Positions 8,153-16,327 of a DNA stretch of 25,434 nucleotides are shown here, piece after piece. This DNA is from an uncultured Actinomycetes bacterium (GTDB lineage: Bacteria > Actinomycetota > Coriobacteriia > Coriobacteriales > Atopobiaceae), in assembly GCA_900315165.1 (NCBI GenBank), contig OMXZ01000026.1:1-25434 (forward strand), written 5' to 3'. The notes under the pieces were generated by a model. The model had not been told where the DNA came from and did not search any database. It was given only the letters and a program-made list of their open reading frames with translations. Position numbers and translations under genes: made by a program. The stretch's first letter is position 1, and each line of letters starts with the position of its first letter.

Positions 8153-8374
8153 GGTGGCAGGCCTCCCGGGCGATCGCCCGCGGTCGGGGGCGGCGCGCGT
8201 TCAGCTTGCCGGCGTGGTGCGCGCCGCCCGTGCTTGCGTTGTGGTGACAAGCATAGCGGCGTGCGTATTAATTAATTAATTAATGTGCAAAGCTGCGTCA
8301 GATTAATTAATGCGTCAACAAGAGGCCGGAAACGGCGTCAACAGACTGCAGCTCTACACTGGGTGGGTCTGGGG

Positions 8375-9055
8375 ATGGGGATTGTGATGCTCGTCCTGCT
8401 CTTCGCCACGGACCTGTTGCGCGGGTCGGACGCGCCGCGCGTGCGCGACCCCTACTGGCTGGCGTGGGCCGCCATGCCGGCCTACCTCGTCCACCAGTTC
8501 GAGGAGTACGCCCTGAACATAGCGGACGGCAACTACGTCATTGTCGAGCAGGTGTTCGTCAACGCGGGTGGTATCATGGACCTCTCGGCCCTGCCCTTGT
8601 TCCACTTCCCGCTCGTGAACATCGCGCTGGTGTGGGCGGGCGTGCCGCTCGCCGCTTGGCTGGGCGCAAGGCTGAGTAACCCCGTCGTGGCGCTCTCGCC
8701 CTACGGCTTCATCCTGGTCAACGGCCTCATGCACTTCGCCATGACCGTCGTGCGCGGCGTCCCCGTGGCCCTGAACCCCGGCTTCTTCACCGGGACGCTG
8801 CTGTTCTTGCCCCTCGTGGCCGTCGTCATCGTGGCGTGCGCCCGGGGCGGCCTCGTGCGCGGCGGCGGCATCGCGGCCTTCCTGGTGGCGGGGGCCATCG
8901 CGCACGTGCTGCTGGGCGCGGGATACGCCATGTCGGCCGTCGGCGGCCCCGCAGGCGTTGCCGTGCTCGACCTCCTCGCAGGGCTCTCGCCGGCTCTCCT
9001 GGCCTGGGCCTTCTGCAGGATCTTCAAGGTGAAGCTTCCGGGTGGGGATCGCTAG
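8375..9055 (+). CDS. HXXEE-motif polytopic membrane protein
   Basis: The YLVHQFEEY motif is followed by multiple hydrophobic helices. The track ORF begins at 8285 inside the (TTAA)n tract. A start at ATG 8375 or GTG 8363 is more likely. It converges on the Tal-like pseudogene with a 4-nt overlap. Confidence 0.6.
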   Translation: MGIVMLVLLFATDLLRGSDAPRVRDPYWLAWAAMPAYLVHQFEEYALNIADGNYVIVEQVFVNAGGIMDLSALPLFHFPLVNIALVWAGVPLAAWLGARLSNPVVALSPYGFILVNGLMHFAMTVVRGVPVALNPGFFTGTLLFLPLVAVVIVACARGGLVRGGGIAAFLVAGAIAHVLLGAGYAMSAVGGPAGVAVLDLLAGLSPALLAWAFCRIFKVKLPGGDR

Positions 9056-10282
9056 AAGTCCAGGTCAGCCAGCTCGTCCAAATCGTCAATCGCGGTGGTC
9101 ACCGTGCTCTCCACGACCTGCACCGAGGTCGCCACGCTCAGGTTGCCGTCGATGCCGGCCACGTCGTTCTGCAGAGCGGCCACGTCGGCGGCAAGCGAGC
9201 TCGTCACGGCGTAGTCGACCTGCCGCACCGTGCCGATGGTCACGCGGCAGACGACGGCATCCCCGAACGTGCGCACGCGCTTCACGACCCGCGCCTTGAG
9301 CCGCCACTCGGGAGTCATGCTCGAATCAACGACCGCAACCTCGTCGCCCAGCCCACACTCGCCGCCGTCCAGGGCCGCAACATCTATCTCGTAGGAGACC
9401 TTCGGCTGCACCGCATCCACGAACGCCTTCCTGGTGAGCGCGAGCAGCCTGGCAGGGTCGTCGCACTCCGAGAAGATCACCTGCCCGAACGAATGAACCT
9501 TCGCCGTCCTGTCGGCGTTCCAGCGGCCCCACACGAGCCGCGCGTCCTCGTCGCCGACCCAGTTGACGCCGCCGTTGACCTCGCCGAAGGTGAGCTTCTT
9601 TACGGTAGCCGCCCGTGTAACGCCCGTCCTCGTCGGTCACGGGAAGGCCCGCGCCGAACCCGTAGAGCGCCGTGTACACGTCCTGCTCCAGGACCGTGCG
9701 CGTGCATCCTGCCATGTTCTTGCCGTAGGTGAAGCGAAGCCCACGCCAGCTGCCGAGCCTTTGTCTGAAACGGATGGACCGGGAAGCCACGCGACCGCCA
9801 GCAACCATTATCACCGGCTCCACCTCGCCGCCCCAGACCTCGGCCACCCTTCACAGTGCCCAGAGCGCGTTCACGTGATAGAGCACGCATCCAGCCGTCC
9901 CAGCCACGTCGCACGACGCAACCGTCCAGCGCGTGGGAGCTAGCACGACCGCCAACGCCTGCGCCGCAGTGCGCGAGACCAGATGCTGCTCCTCGATGAA
10001 GTCGTCAAGCAGCTCGCACAGCGAGGACTCCGCATAAACCGAACGCAGCCCCTCAAGCGGCTCGTCGGTCCTCACCACCACATGCTCGCACCATACGCCG
10101 TCGTTAAGCCACAGCAGCCTATCGCCCTTCGCAGGTACCTCGCGGCACTCGAACTCCAGCGTGTCCTCGCCGTTAAGCTCCTCGGTGTGCACCAGCTCCC
10201 CAACTACGGGCAGCATCCCGATCCGCTCGTCGAACCGGTCGAACCACCACAGGACCGGAACCGCGCCCGCCATCACAGCCAC
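9052..10282 (-). pseudogene. Tal-like tail-associated/minor structural protein gene disrupted by an in-frame TGA (9851-9853) and a +1 frameshift near 9596-9603
   Basis: Three track ORFs (9851..10282, 9326..9847, 9052..9534) join into one protein-like sequence. The first two are in the same frame and separated only by TGA. The junction of the second and third is at cgtAAAGAAGctc, where frame A stops looking like protein and frame B starts. The N-terminus contains TEELNGEDTLEFE, typical of the N-terminal region of phage minor structural (anti-receptor) proteins. Confidence 0.5.
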
Positions 10283-10992
10283 CTCTCGGAGAACCGCGTC
10301 TCAAAGTAGCTGCAGCCGGCAAACGAAAGCGTGCATGCCCCAGGCTCAAGCGAGAAGAAGTCGCTCCCCAGCGTCACCACGTCACGTGCGTCAATGCCGA
10401 CAATCTCCACGGACTCGTCCTCGCAACGAATCACGACCGGCTCTCCACCCGCAAACGTGTAGTCCAGCGAGATCGCCTTGCCCTGCGCCAGGCATGCCAC
10501 GGCAAGGCCGTCGCCGGCAGACGCCACCAGACGGAACTCCGGCCACTTCGCCCACGACCCGCCAACCTCGAAAGAAGATGTCCGCTCCACGCACGAGCGC
10601 CCGTACGCCACGGGGTCGAATAGCGTGAAGGTCACGTCGCACTGCCCGTCGCTAAACAGCTTCGACCATTCGCCGATGTTGACCAGCAGCGCGTCGCGGT
10701 AAGCGTGCTCAGGCTCGTCGGGAAGCACCAGCTCGCCGCCGCCCGGCACGCACAGCAAGAATGCGAGCTTGTGCCGCGCCTCGGCAAGACCATTTACGTC
10801 AGCCTTGAAACCCAGGTCAAGGAACAGGCGCACCGTCACGTCCGACGCCGCCACACGCGAGGACACGGGCAGCGCCCCGGCCCGCCCCGGCACCTCCATC
10901 GCCGTGGCAACGAGCGAGTTCACGGATCGCCCGACCACTTCGGCGCTGCAGAGCTCCGAGAAGTCGTGCCCGGCGTAGACTATCGACCTCAT
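10273..10992 (-). CDS. siphovirus distal tail protein (Dit / Sipho_tail family)-like
   Basis: Length is 239 aa. It lies immediately upstream of the Tal-like gene, and its N-terminus fits the Dit pattern (MRSIVYAGHDFSE...IP.R.G). The ATGA start overlaps the upstream micro-ORF. Confidence 0.55.
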   Translation of the reverse strand: MRSIVYAGHDFSELCSAEVVGRSVNSLVATAMEVPGRAGALPVSSRVAASDVTVRLFLDLGFKADVNGLAEARHKLAFLLCVPGGGELVLPDEPEHAYRDALLVNIGEWSKLFSDGQCDVTFTLFDPVAYGRSCVERTSSFEVGGSWAKWPEFRLVASAGDGLAVACLAQGKAISLDYTFAGGEPVVIRCEDESVEIVGIDARDVVTLGSDFFSLEPGACTLSFAGCSYFETRFSERWL

Positions 10993-11135
10993 GCCCGCCC
11001 CCTCGCACGCCCGTATGCCACCGAGCGCCGCTGCGATTCCAGGGCCGCCTTGTCGTCTTGCCTGCGCGGTTGTTCACGCCGCACCACGGGCTCGGCCTCC
11101 CGCCCGCTCGCGTTAACGCGCTTCTCCTTATCCAT
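10989..11135 (-). CDS. 48-aa Arg/Glu-rich micro-ORF (MDKEKRVNASGREAEPVVRREQPRRQDDKAALESQRRSVAYGRARGRA)
   Basis: It fills the gap between flanking genes exactly, with ATGA overlaps at both ends and a GAGGGAG RBS. It is below the track size cut-off. Confidence 0.3.
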   Translation of the reverse strand: MDKEKRVNASGREAEPVVRREQPRRQDDKAALESQRRSVAYGRARGRA

Positions 11136-11521
11136 CAAAGCTCCCTCGCCACCGTGCAAACCACCTTGAACGACCAGACGCTGTGCCCGGAGTCGTCGTC
11201 GCCTTCGCAGGCGGGCACCGTCGTGTCTATGCCCACGATGCGGTATGGCGTCGCATCCGCATAGGGCTCCCAGTCGCCGCGCCTCACGGTCTGCTCCGCC
11301 AGGAGGGCCACGCGCCCCGCCTCGGATGCGACATCGCGCACCACGAGCACGGTCGCCGTCACGGTCCCGCGCTCCTCATCCGTCATGCGCGACTCGCGCT
11401 CGAACGGCCCCTCCGCCACGACGATCGGCTCTTCGCAGAGCAGCGCCGATACAGGTTTTGTGAAGCAACTTGTGAAGTCGGCGTCTACCAGCAGTTTTGC
11501 AATCGAATCTTTCACGCTCAT
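11135..11521 (-). CDS. phage head-tail joining / tail-completion-type protein (128 aa)
   Basis: The ATG at 11521 overlaps the upstream stop as ATGA. The track ORF is extended to 11578. It sits in the head-tail connector block. Confidence 0.45.
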   Translation of the reverse strand: MSVKDSIAKLLVDADFTSCFTKPVSALLCEEPIVVAEGPFERESRMTDEERGTVTATVLVVRDVASEAGRVALLAEQTVRRGDWEPYADATPYRIVGIDTTVPACEGDDDSGHSVWSFKVVCTVAREL

Positions 11522-11844
11522 CGCACGTCCAGCTCCCAGTGGTGAATGTGCCCGTTGAAGTCCTCGCACCGCGTACACCCAGCTACGAGGTAGGTGTTGC
11601 CGCCGATCGTCACCCGTGATCCGGCGGGCACCTCGAAGGCTCCGCCCGAGCTCACGGCATCAACGAACACTTTGCCCGCGCCCGCGTCGGCTGCACGGTG
11701 GGCGTCGTCGCAGATGGACTGGACGCGCTGGAACCTCACGCGCGAGATCGTCACGGGCTCGGCGAGCGTCCCGTCTTCAAGCGGCACGCGCACGCTCATG
11801 ACGTCCGGCAACAGCCGCACCGGTATCGGCCTCAGCCCGCCCAT
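11518..11844 (-). CDS. phage head closure / head-tail adaptor-type protein (108 aa)
   Basis: A coupled small gene between connector and tail genes. The call rests on size and position. Confidence 0.45.
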   Translation of the reverse strand: MGGLRPIPVRLLPDVMSVRVPLEDGTLAEPVTISRVRFQRVQSICDDAHRAADAGAGKVFVDAVSSGGAFEVPAGSRVTIGGNTYLVAGCTRCEDFNGHIHHWELDVR

Positions 11845-12185
11845 CAGCGCACCCCGCTGAACAAGAGCGACGTGCCCACCAGCTCCTTCAGCGCGGCGGA
11901 AGTCGCCATCTCCTCGCCGGTCGTGCCCTCATCCTCGTAATGCGTCACCTTGAAGTCGCCCAGGGCGAACCCGCCGACCTGCCCCTCGCCGAACTCCGCG
12001 AAGGCGTCCACAGCTGCGCACACGGACCGTTGGTAGGCTTCCAGCTCCAACTCCGCTGGCTCGGCGGCATTCACCAGCCACCGCACGTGGCGCGTCGCAG
12101 CTGGCAGCGAAAGCCCGAAGGCGGCCTCGGAAAGACTGCCCCCGTAAACTTCCGCATAGAACTGGTATGTCACCGCAGCGGCCAT
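11844..12185 (-). CDS. phage head-tail connector (gp6-like) protein (113 aa)
   Basis: First small gene after the major capsid gene. The call rests on position. Confidence 0.45.
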   Translation of the reverse strand: MAAAVTYQFYAEVYGGSLSEAAFGLSLPAATRHVRWLVNAAEPAELELEAYQRSVCAAVDAFAEFGEGQVGGFALGDFKVTHYEDEGTTGEEMATSAALKELVGTSLLFSGVR

Positions 12186-12187
12186 GG

Positions 12188-13219
12188 CTACGCGCTCGGT
12201 GCCGCGCTCACGTGGATGCCGTCGAGCTTGTTGTCGAACAGCTCCACGATGCCGTACTTGCGGTACTTCATCATGTAGCTGTCCAGGCTCTCCAGCTCGT
12301 CGGGCGAGAATACACGCGACGCCACGTGCTTGTCGAACTTAATAACCGCGCTTTTCTCAACCACCATGAAGTTGATGTCGCGCCCGGCCGCGCTCACTTG
12401 CTCGTAGTAGCCGGAAAGGCCGCTCTTGGTCGGGGAGGCCACGGCGCTGTAGGTGTAGCTGCCCTCGCTGCCGCTGCGCGTGTAGTAGGTCTTCGAGGAA
12501 TCGACCTCGGTGTCGCTCGTCAGCTCGTAGCTCGCCGCGCCCCTCTGGTATCCGAACTGGTCGTCGTCGCCGGAAAGCAGGTCGATGGCCGTGTAGAAGC
12601 GCACCTGCGACACCTCCACGATGCGGCTGAAGCGTTCCAGCACGCGGTTGGAGCGCGTGGGGTTGGCGTAGGAGAAGTCGTCAAGCACGCCCTTGAGCGT
12701 CGGCGTGATGAACAGGATGCGGCTGCCGGTTGACACCTGGCGCTCGTCCATCGTGCTCGTAACGGCGCGCAGGGCGGCAAGCACGTCGGTCGCTGCGGCC
12801 TCGGAGAGGTCTGCTGAATCCACTGTCACGCCCGCATGCGACGCGATCTTGGCGAAGGTGAAGGCGTCTGCCTCAGGTGCCACCTGGGTGCGCTGCAGCT
12901 CGGCTCCCGCCTCCACGAAGCAGTCCAGGACCCCGGCTTCCTCCACGTCCATGACGTCCGCGAACAGGCGGATGCCGCGATCGTAGTTGAAGGTCTTGGT
13001 TTCGAACTCGTAGGTGATGGCTCCGGTCTTGTAGCCCACGTTTCGGGTGTAGTCGCCAAGGCCCGTCACGGACATCTTCGGAATCATGATCTCCTTGGCG
13101 TTGTGCCCGGCCCTCACCATGCGCCGTCCTGAGTTGAGCACGTTGCTCACGCCCGCGCGCTGGTAGACCTCGTCGATGATGGAAGTGTAGTTCTTCGCGA
13201 ATGCGATGCTGTTAGGCAT
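12188..13219 (-). CDS. major capsid protein
   Basis: Length is 343 aa, with AGGAGG 8 nt upstream of the ATG. It follows the scaffold gene and has no TM helices. The call rests on position and composition. Confidence 0.65.
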   Translation of the reverse strand: MPNSIAFAKNYTSIIDEVYQRAGVSNVLNSGRRMVRAGHNAKEIMIPKMSVTGLGDYTRNVGYKTGAITYEFETKTFNYDRGIRLFADVMDVEEAGVLDCFVEAGAELQRTQVAPEADAFTFAKIASHAGVTVDSADLSEAAATDVLAALRAVTSTMDERQVSTGSRILFITPTLKGVLDDFSYANPTRSNRVLERFSRIVEVSQVRFYTAIDLLSGDDDQFGYQRGAASYELTSDTEVDSSKTYYTRSGSEGSYTYSAVASPTKSGLSGYYEQVSAAGRDINFMVVEKSAVIKFDKHVASRVFSPDELESLDSYMMKYRKYGIVELFDNKLDGIHVSAAPSA

Positions 13220-13237
13220 GCCTCTGCCCTCCTGTTC

Positions 13238-13756
13238 CTACTGCTTGTCGGTATCGTCTGAAAGCCCGGCGACCTCGCGCCAGTGCTTGAGCGTCTTGCC
13301 CTCGTCGGTTGCGGCACCGGCGTTGGGAAGCCCTGTCGCACCGGCAGCGCCCTCGTTCGCCATGTGCTTGGCGAACAGCCACGGCTCGCCAGCCTTGAGC
13401 TTGTCGATGTCGCCCTCGTAGTCGGGCAGCACGGCGCGCGCCGCCTTCACATTGCGGCATCCCGCGAGCTGAAGCGAGAAGTCAACGCGCTCGTCGGCGG
13501 ACTGCTGCTTGAGTGACGCGATCTCGCCACGAAGCTGCTCTGCCGTCTCGGCGTTCTTCGCCGCCTCGGCCACCTGCGCCTCAAGGGCCGCGATTTTCTC
13601 GTCGCGCCCGGCTATCTGCTTCTCGTAGTCGGGAGTCTGGCCGCCTACCTGCGGCTGGCCCTCCTGCTGTGTTTCCTGCTGCTCTTGGCCCTGCTGTTGC
13701 GACGCGTTCTCCGAACCCTGCGTGGCTTCCTGGCCGCCATTGGTCTCACCGTCCAT
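13238..13756 (-). CDS. head scaffolding protein (Gln/Glu-rich, coiled-coil)
   Basis: ATG at 13756 with an AAGGCGG RBS. The track start at 13792 is a TTG. It has a QQQGQEQQETQQEGQ low-complexity tract and coiled-coil character, and lies immediately upstream of the capsid gene. Confidence 0.65.
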   Translation of the reverse strand: MDGETNGGQEATQGSENASQQQGQEQQETQQEGQPQVGGQTPDYEKQIAGRDEKIAALEAQVAEAAKNAETAEQLRGEIASLKQQSADERVDFSLQLAGCRNVKAARAVLPDYEGDIDKLKAGEPWLFAKHMANEGAAGATGLPNAGAATDEGKTLKHWREVAGLSDDTDKQ

Positions 13757-13912
13757 GCTGTACCGCCTTTCGTTTCCTTGGACGGCCAACAAGAAGGCAG
13801 CCCACCAACCTGCGATGAGGTTAGCGGGCTGTCACAAGGTGGCTAAGCCAGGTATCGGATAGGCTTTAATTACCGTTTTACAAACGTGTCTGAAATGTTG
13901 CTGATCATTGGG

Positions 13913-15166
13913 CTACTTCCAGACTCGATCATTGTAAGGAGTGGATTCAACCCCTTCGGCCTGCAGGTTTTTAACCATCCGGTCTAGCTTTCCTCGCCAC
14001 ATGGCTTTAAACCAGCGAGTGTCACCGAACCAGCGAACGAGTGTTGGGCTTATAGCATAATATGCCTTGATGAACGCACGGCCACGACGAGTCTCTGCGA
14101 GAGTGTAATCGCGGTAACGTCGAAGCGTCCATACCTGCGGGCAATCATATGAACCGTATACCGCGGTAGCAACATAACAGCCGCCGCTTTGAGGTGTGGG
14201 CCTTTCAGGTATGGTGTAGGTTGGGTCTATTTTCTTGATTGCCTCATGCCATTCCATGATTTTGTCTGTACGCCCCTGTTTGGCAGCAGGAGTGAGTGTA
14301 TATTCATGTACCCATGAACCGCTAGACAAGGTCCACGACCACGAATTGATGAGTTTGTCTTGTACGCCAATCAAATTCTTATATCTGACAACGTCTGCCT
14401 CATCGTCACCATCATCTAGACCAATTGCGACCTCTAGTAGATTAAGGACGCAATCACCACGCTCGATATATTTCTCCCAACTGTACTTCATGGGGTGATC
14501 TTCGCCCCAGAAATCTGGCATGATATGATCGTTCCATGCGTCCATCGCACTATTGTTGATCATTGTGGCGAGCTGTGCATTGATGTCATCTGTAGACGTT
14601 CCACATTTGATTAAGAGTGCAAGCGCGGATGTTTTAACTTCTACTAAGCAAGAAAGAATCGTCGTCGCCTGTTCTTTGTAGCCTGTTTTGCCGAAGTTTC
14701 CACAACACAATCGCATGAGAGCGAGAGACAGCTTGGTTGTCTCCTCGCTTACGGTCTTTTTAACATCTTCAGACTTGTTTTCAGGAGCGTTCTCTACTGC
14801 GTTTGAAAAACAGTTTATCGCCTCGCCTATGCGCAGATTTGCGATGGTCGACTGCCAGCCAGCCGCTTTTCCCTTCAGGAGCCAGGCTTCGTAATTCTTA
14901 TCGTCTACTTCCAGGACCCTGTTGCAGTATTCCTCCGCTTCCTTTTGATTGTCTGCATCGTAGGCTTTTTTAGCTATAGACAGGTAGTTTTTAATTCGGT
15001 CCGACCTATCAACCTTAACGGTTCCAGTAACCTCTACGGTTCCCTCGACCATCATCTTCTTAGCTTCTTCGATCGAATACTTGCAGCCACACGATTGGCA
15101 GACAAACACACCTCCGTCTTTCATAAGGTCTGTGCTTCCGCACATTTCACAGGTCAACTGCTTCAT
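13913..15166 (-). CDS. Zn-ribbon (CEMCGS...CQSCGC) / TPR-like / conserved Cys-containing C-terminal domain (GGCYVATAVYGSYDCPQVWTLRRYRD) protein; last gene of the candidate defence operon
   Basis: Length is 417 aa. The ATG overlaps the upstream TGA as ATGA. GC is low, about 45%. Confidence 0.65.
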   Translation of the reverse strand: MKQLTCEMCGSTDLMKDGGVFVCQSCGCKYSIEEAKKMMVEGTVEVTGTVKVDRSDRIKNYLSIAKKAYDADNQKEAEEYCNRVLEVDDKNYEAWLLKGKAAGWQSTIANLRIGEAINCFSNAVENAPENKSEDVKKTVSEETTKLSLALMRLCCGNFGKTGYKEQATTILSCLVEVKTSALALLIKCGTSTDDINAQLATMINNSAMDAWNDHIMPDFWGEDHPMKYSWEKYIERGDCVLNLLEVAIGLDDGDDEADVVRYKNLIGVQDKLINSWSWTLSSGSWVHEYTLTPAAKQGRTDKIMEWHEAIKKIDPTYTIPERPTPQSGGCYVATAVYGSYDCPQVWTLRRYRDYTLAETRRGRAFIKAYYAISPTLVRWFGDTRWFKAMWRGKLDRMVKNLQAEGVESTPYNDRVWK

Positions 15167-15651
15167 TGATGTCTTCCTTTCTGGTTGTTTGTCTTTCCGA
15201 CTTCCACCTCTCTATAGATGCGATAGATAGAATCCAGGTAGCCTACGGGCATTGCAATATAAGATGTTTGCCCGTATTTCCCGAAATCCCTAAGCTCGGC
15301 GTAAGCTTTTCCGTTTACCATGTAAATCTCTACTTGCCCATGTGCGATTGCATTTCTAACGTGGCGAACGAACTCCTGGCCCTCGGACCCGTCACAAGAG
15401 AAGAGCGCGAAGGGAGTGCGCTTCCTGTTTCTCTTCGTACGAATGACGGGATAGCTATCAGCATTTGTCTTCCTCTTGAAGGTTCTGTCACCAAAACCCT
15501 CCAAGCGTTTCAGCTTCTTTGTAAATCTCCCTTTGCTCACCGCGTCCCAAGGCGTACCCGTAAAACGAGCATCATCAAACAGCCAGTCATAAAGAGCAGG
15601 CGCGTCCTCTAACAGCTTCTTTTCGTCAACCTGCTGGAAGAAAGACCCCAT
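15163..15651 (-). CDS. small HEPN-like protein (Rx4-6H motif RHVRNAIAHG), putative RNase effector
   Basis: Length is 162 aa. The RN..AH motif is characteristic of Abi/HEPN families. It is tightly coupled to both neighbours. Confidence 0.55.
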   Translation of the reverse strand: MGSFFQQVDEKKLLEDAPALYDWLFDDARFTGTPWDAVSKGRFTKKLKRLEGFGDRTFKRKTNADSYPVIRTKRNRKRTPFALFSCDGSEGQEFVRHVRNAIAHGQVEIYMVNGKAYAELRDFGKYGQTSYIAMPVGYLDSIYRIYREVEVGKTNNQKGRHQ

Positions 15652-15652
15652 C

Positions 15653-16321
15653 CTATTTCGACCCCTTTAAGACCATGCTTCTTTCGTCGATTAATCGGGA
15701 AAGCTCTCTCAGGCGATCCACCTCTAGGTCGCTATCAGCTTCAATAGCGCTTATTTGATCGCTGATCATCGCGTCGAGCTCGACAACTGCAGAAGTGCTT
15801 CGCTGGTCAGCAAAGCGCACCTTCTCAATAATCTCGTAAATCAACTTGCCGGATCCGTCGCTTGCGTCTACGGCAACGCTCAGGCGATTCAAACGCAAGA
15901 GCGCATCGCTCATGGCATTCGTTTCGTTCGAGACGTCTTGATCGACCTTGTTCGCATAATCCATGGCCTTGTCAGCGCCGATAGTGCAGGCGCAGCATAC
16001 TGCCAACAGCAGTATGCCGACAATGGCTAAGACAGCGATGCTGTCTGGCGCAATAAGGCAGATTGCCAGTCCGACAACCATTTGAACGACAAGGCATATC
16101 GCGGCGATTGCAAGCCTCGGATATGACCTGAACAGCCCCTCGGCACCAGGCTCGCGACGAGAAAGGCTTACTGCCAGGATCGATGCCTGCAAGACAGCGA
16201 ATAAGAGCGCGAGCCAAGTGGTGGTGTCGCAAACAGTCCCGATGACAAGTACGGCGGTGTACGCCACGACTAGGACCACGATGATGAGTAGTGAGGTGGC
16301 TTTGCCTTTCGCGCTTGCCAT
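15653..16321 (-). CDS. membrane protein with 4 N-terminal TM helices and a C-terminal coiled-coil domain
   Basis: Length is 222 aa. AGGAGG overlaps the SPFH stop codon. Hydrophobic segments are clear in the sequence. Confidence 0.6.
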   Translation of the reverse strand: MASAKGKATSLLIIVVLVVAYTAVLVIGTVCDTTTWLALLFAVLQASILAVSLSRREPGAEGLFRSYPRLAIAAICLVVQMVVGLAICLIAPDSIAVLAIVGILLLAVCCACTIGADKAMDYANKVDQDVSNETNAMSDALLRLNRLSVAVDASDGSGKLIYEIIEKVRFADQRSTSAVVELDAMISDQISAIEADSDLEVDRLRELSRLIDERSMVLKGSK

Positions 16322-16327
16322 ACGTTG

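Larger units (their letters stand above)
5133..8267 (-). mobile_element. Tn7-superfamily / Tn5053-Tn552-like (TniA-TniB-type) transposition module, about 3.1 kb and about 72% GC, inserted in the tetR-HXXEE intergenic region
   Basis: There is an abrupt jump in GC. The gene order is Zn-ribbon/HTH protein, DDE transposase with Mu-type C-terminal domain, AAA_22 ATPase, small ORF. Imperfect terminal inverted repeats TTAATAyGC(ac)GCCGC are visible, with TTAAT immediately outside both ends at 5128-5132 and 8268-8272. The exact ends are uncertain. Confidence 0.5.

Noticed and set aside
5133-8267. Classifying the element as IS21 (IstA/IstB)
   Set aside because: The ATPase has an AAA_22/DEAH-type Walker B rather than the IstB pattern. 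The transposase C-terminus looks like the Mu/TniA/TnsB beta-barrel domain. The extra Zn-ribbon gene and coupled small ORF do not fit IS21.
8268-8311. ttaattaattaattaat, stops in all six frames, as a sign of an engineered construct
   Set aside because: The context is a native AT-rich divergent promoter region with flanking natural genes and a TTAA microsatellite. No vector-like sequence is present anywhere.
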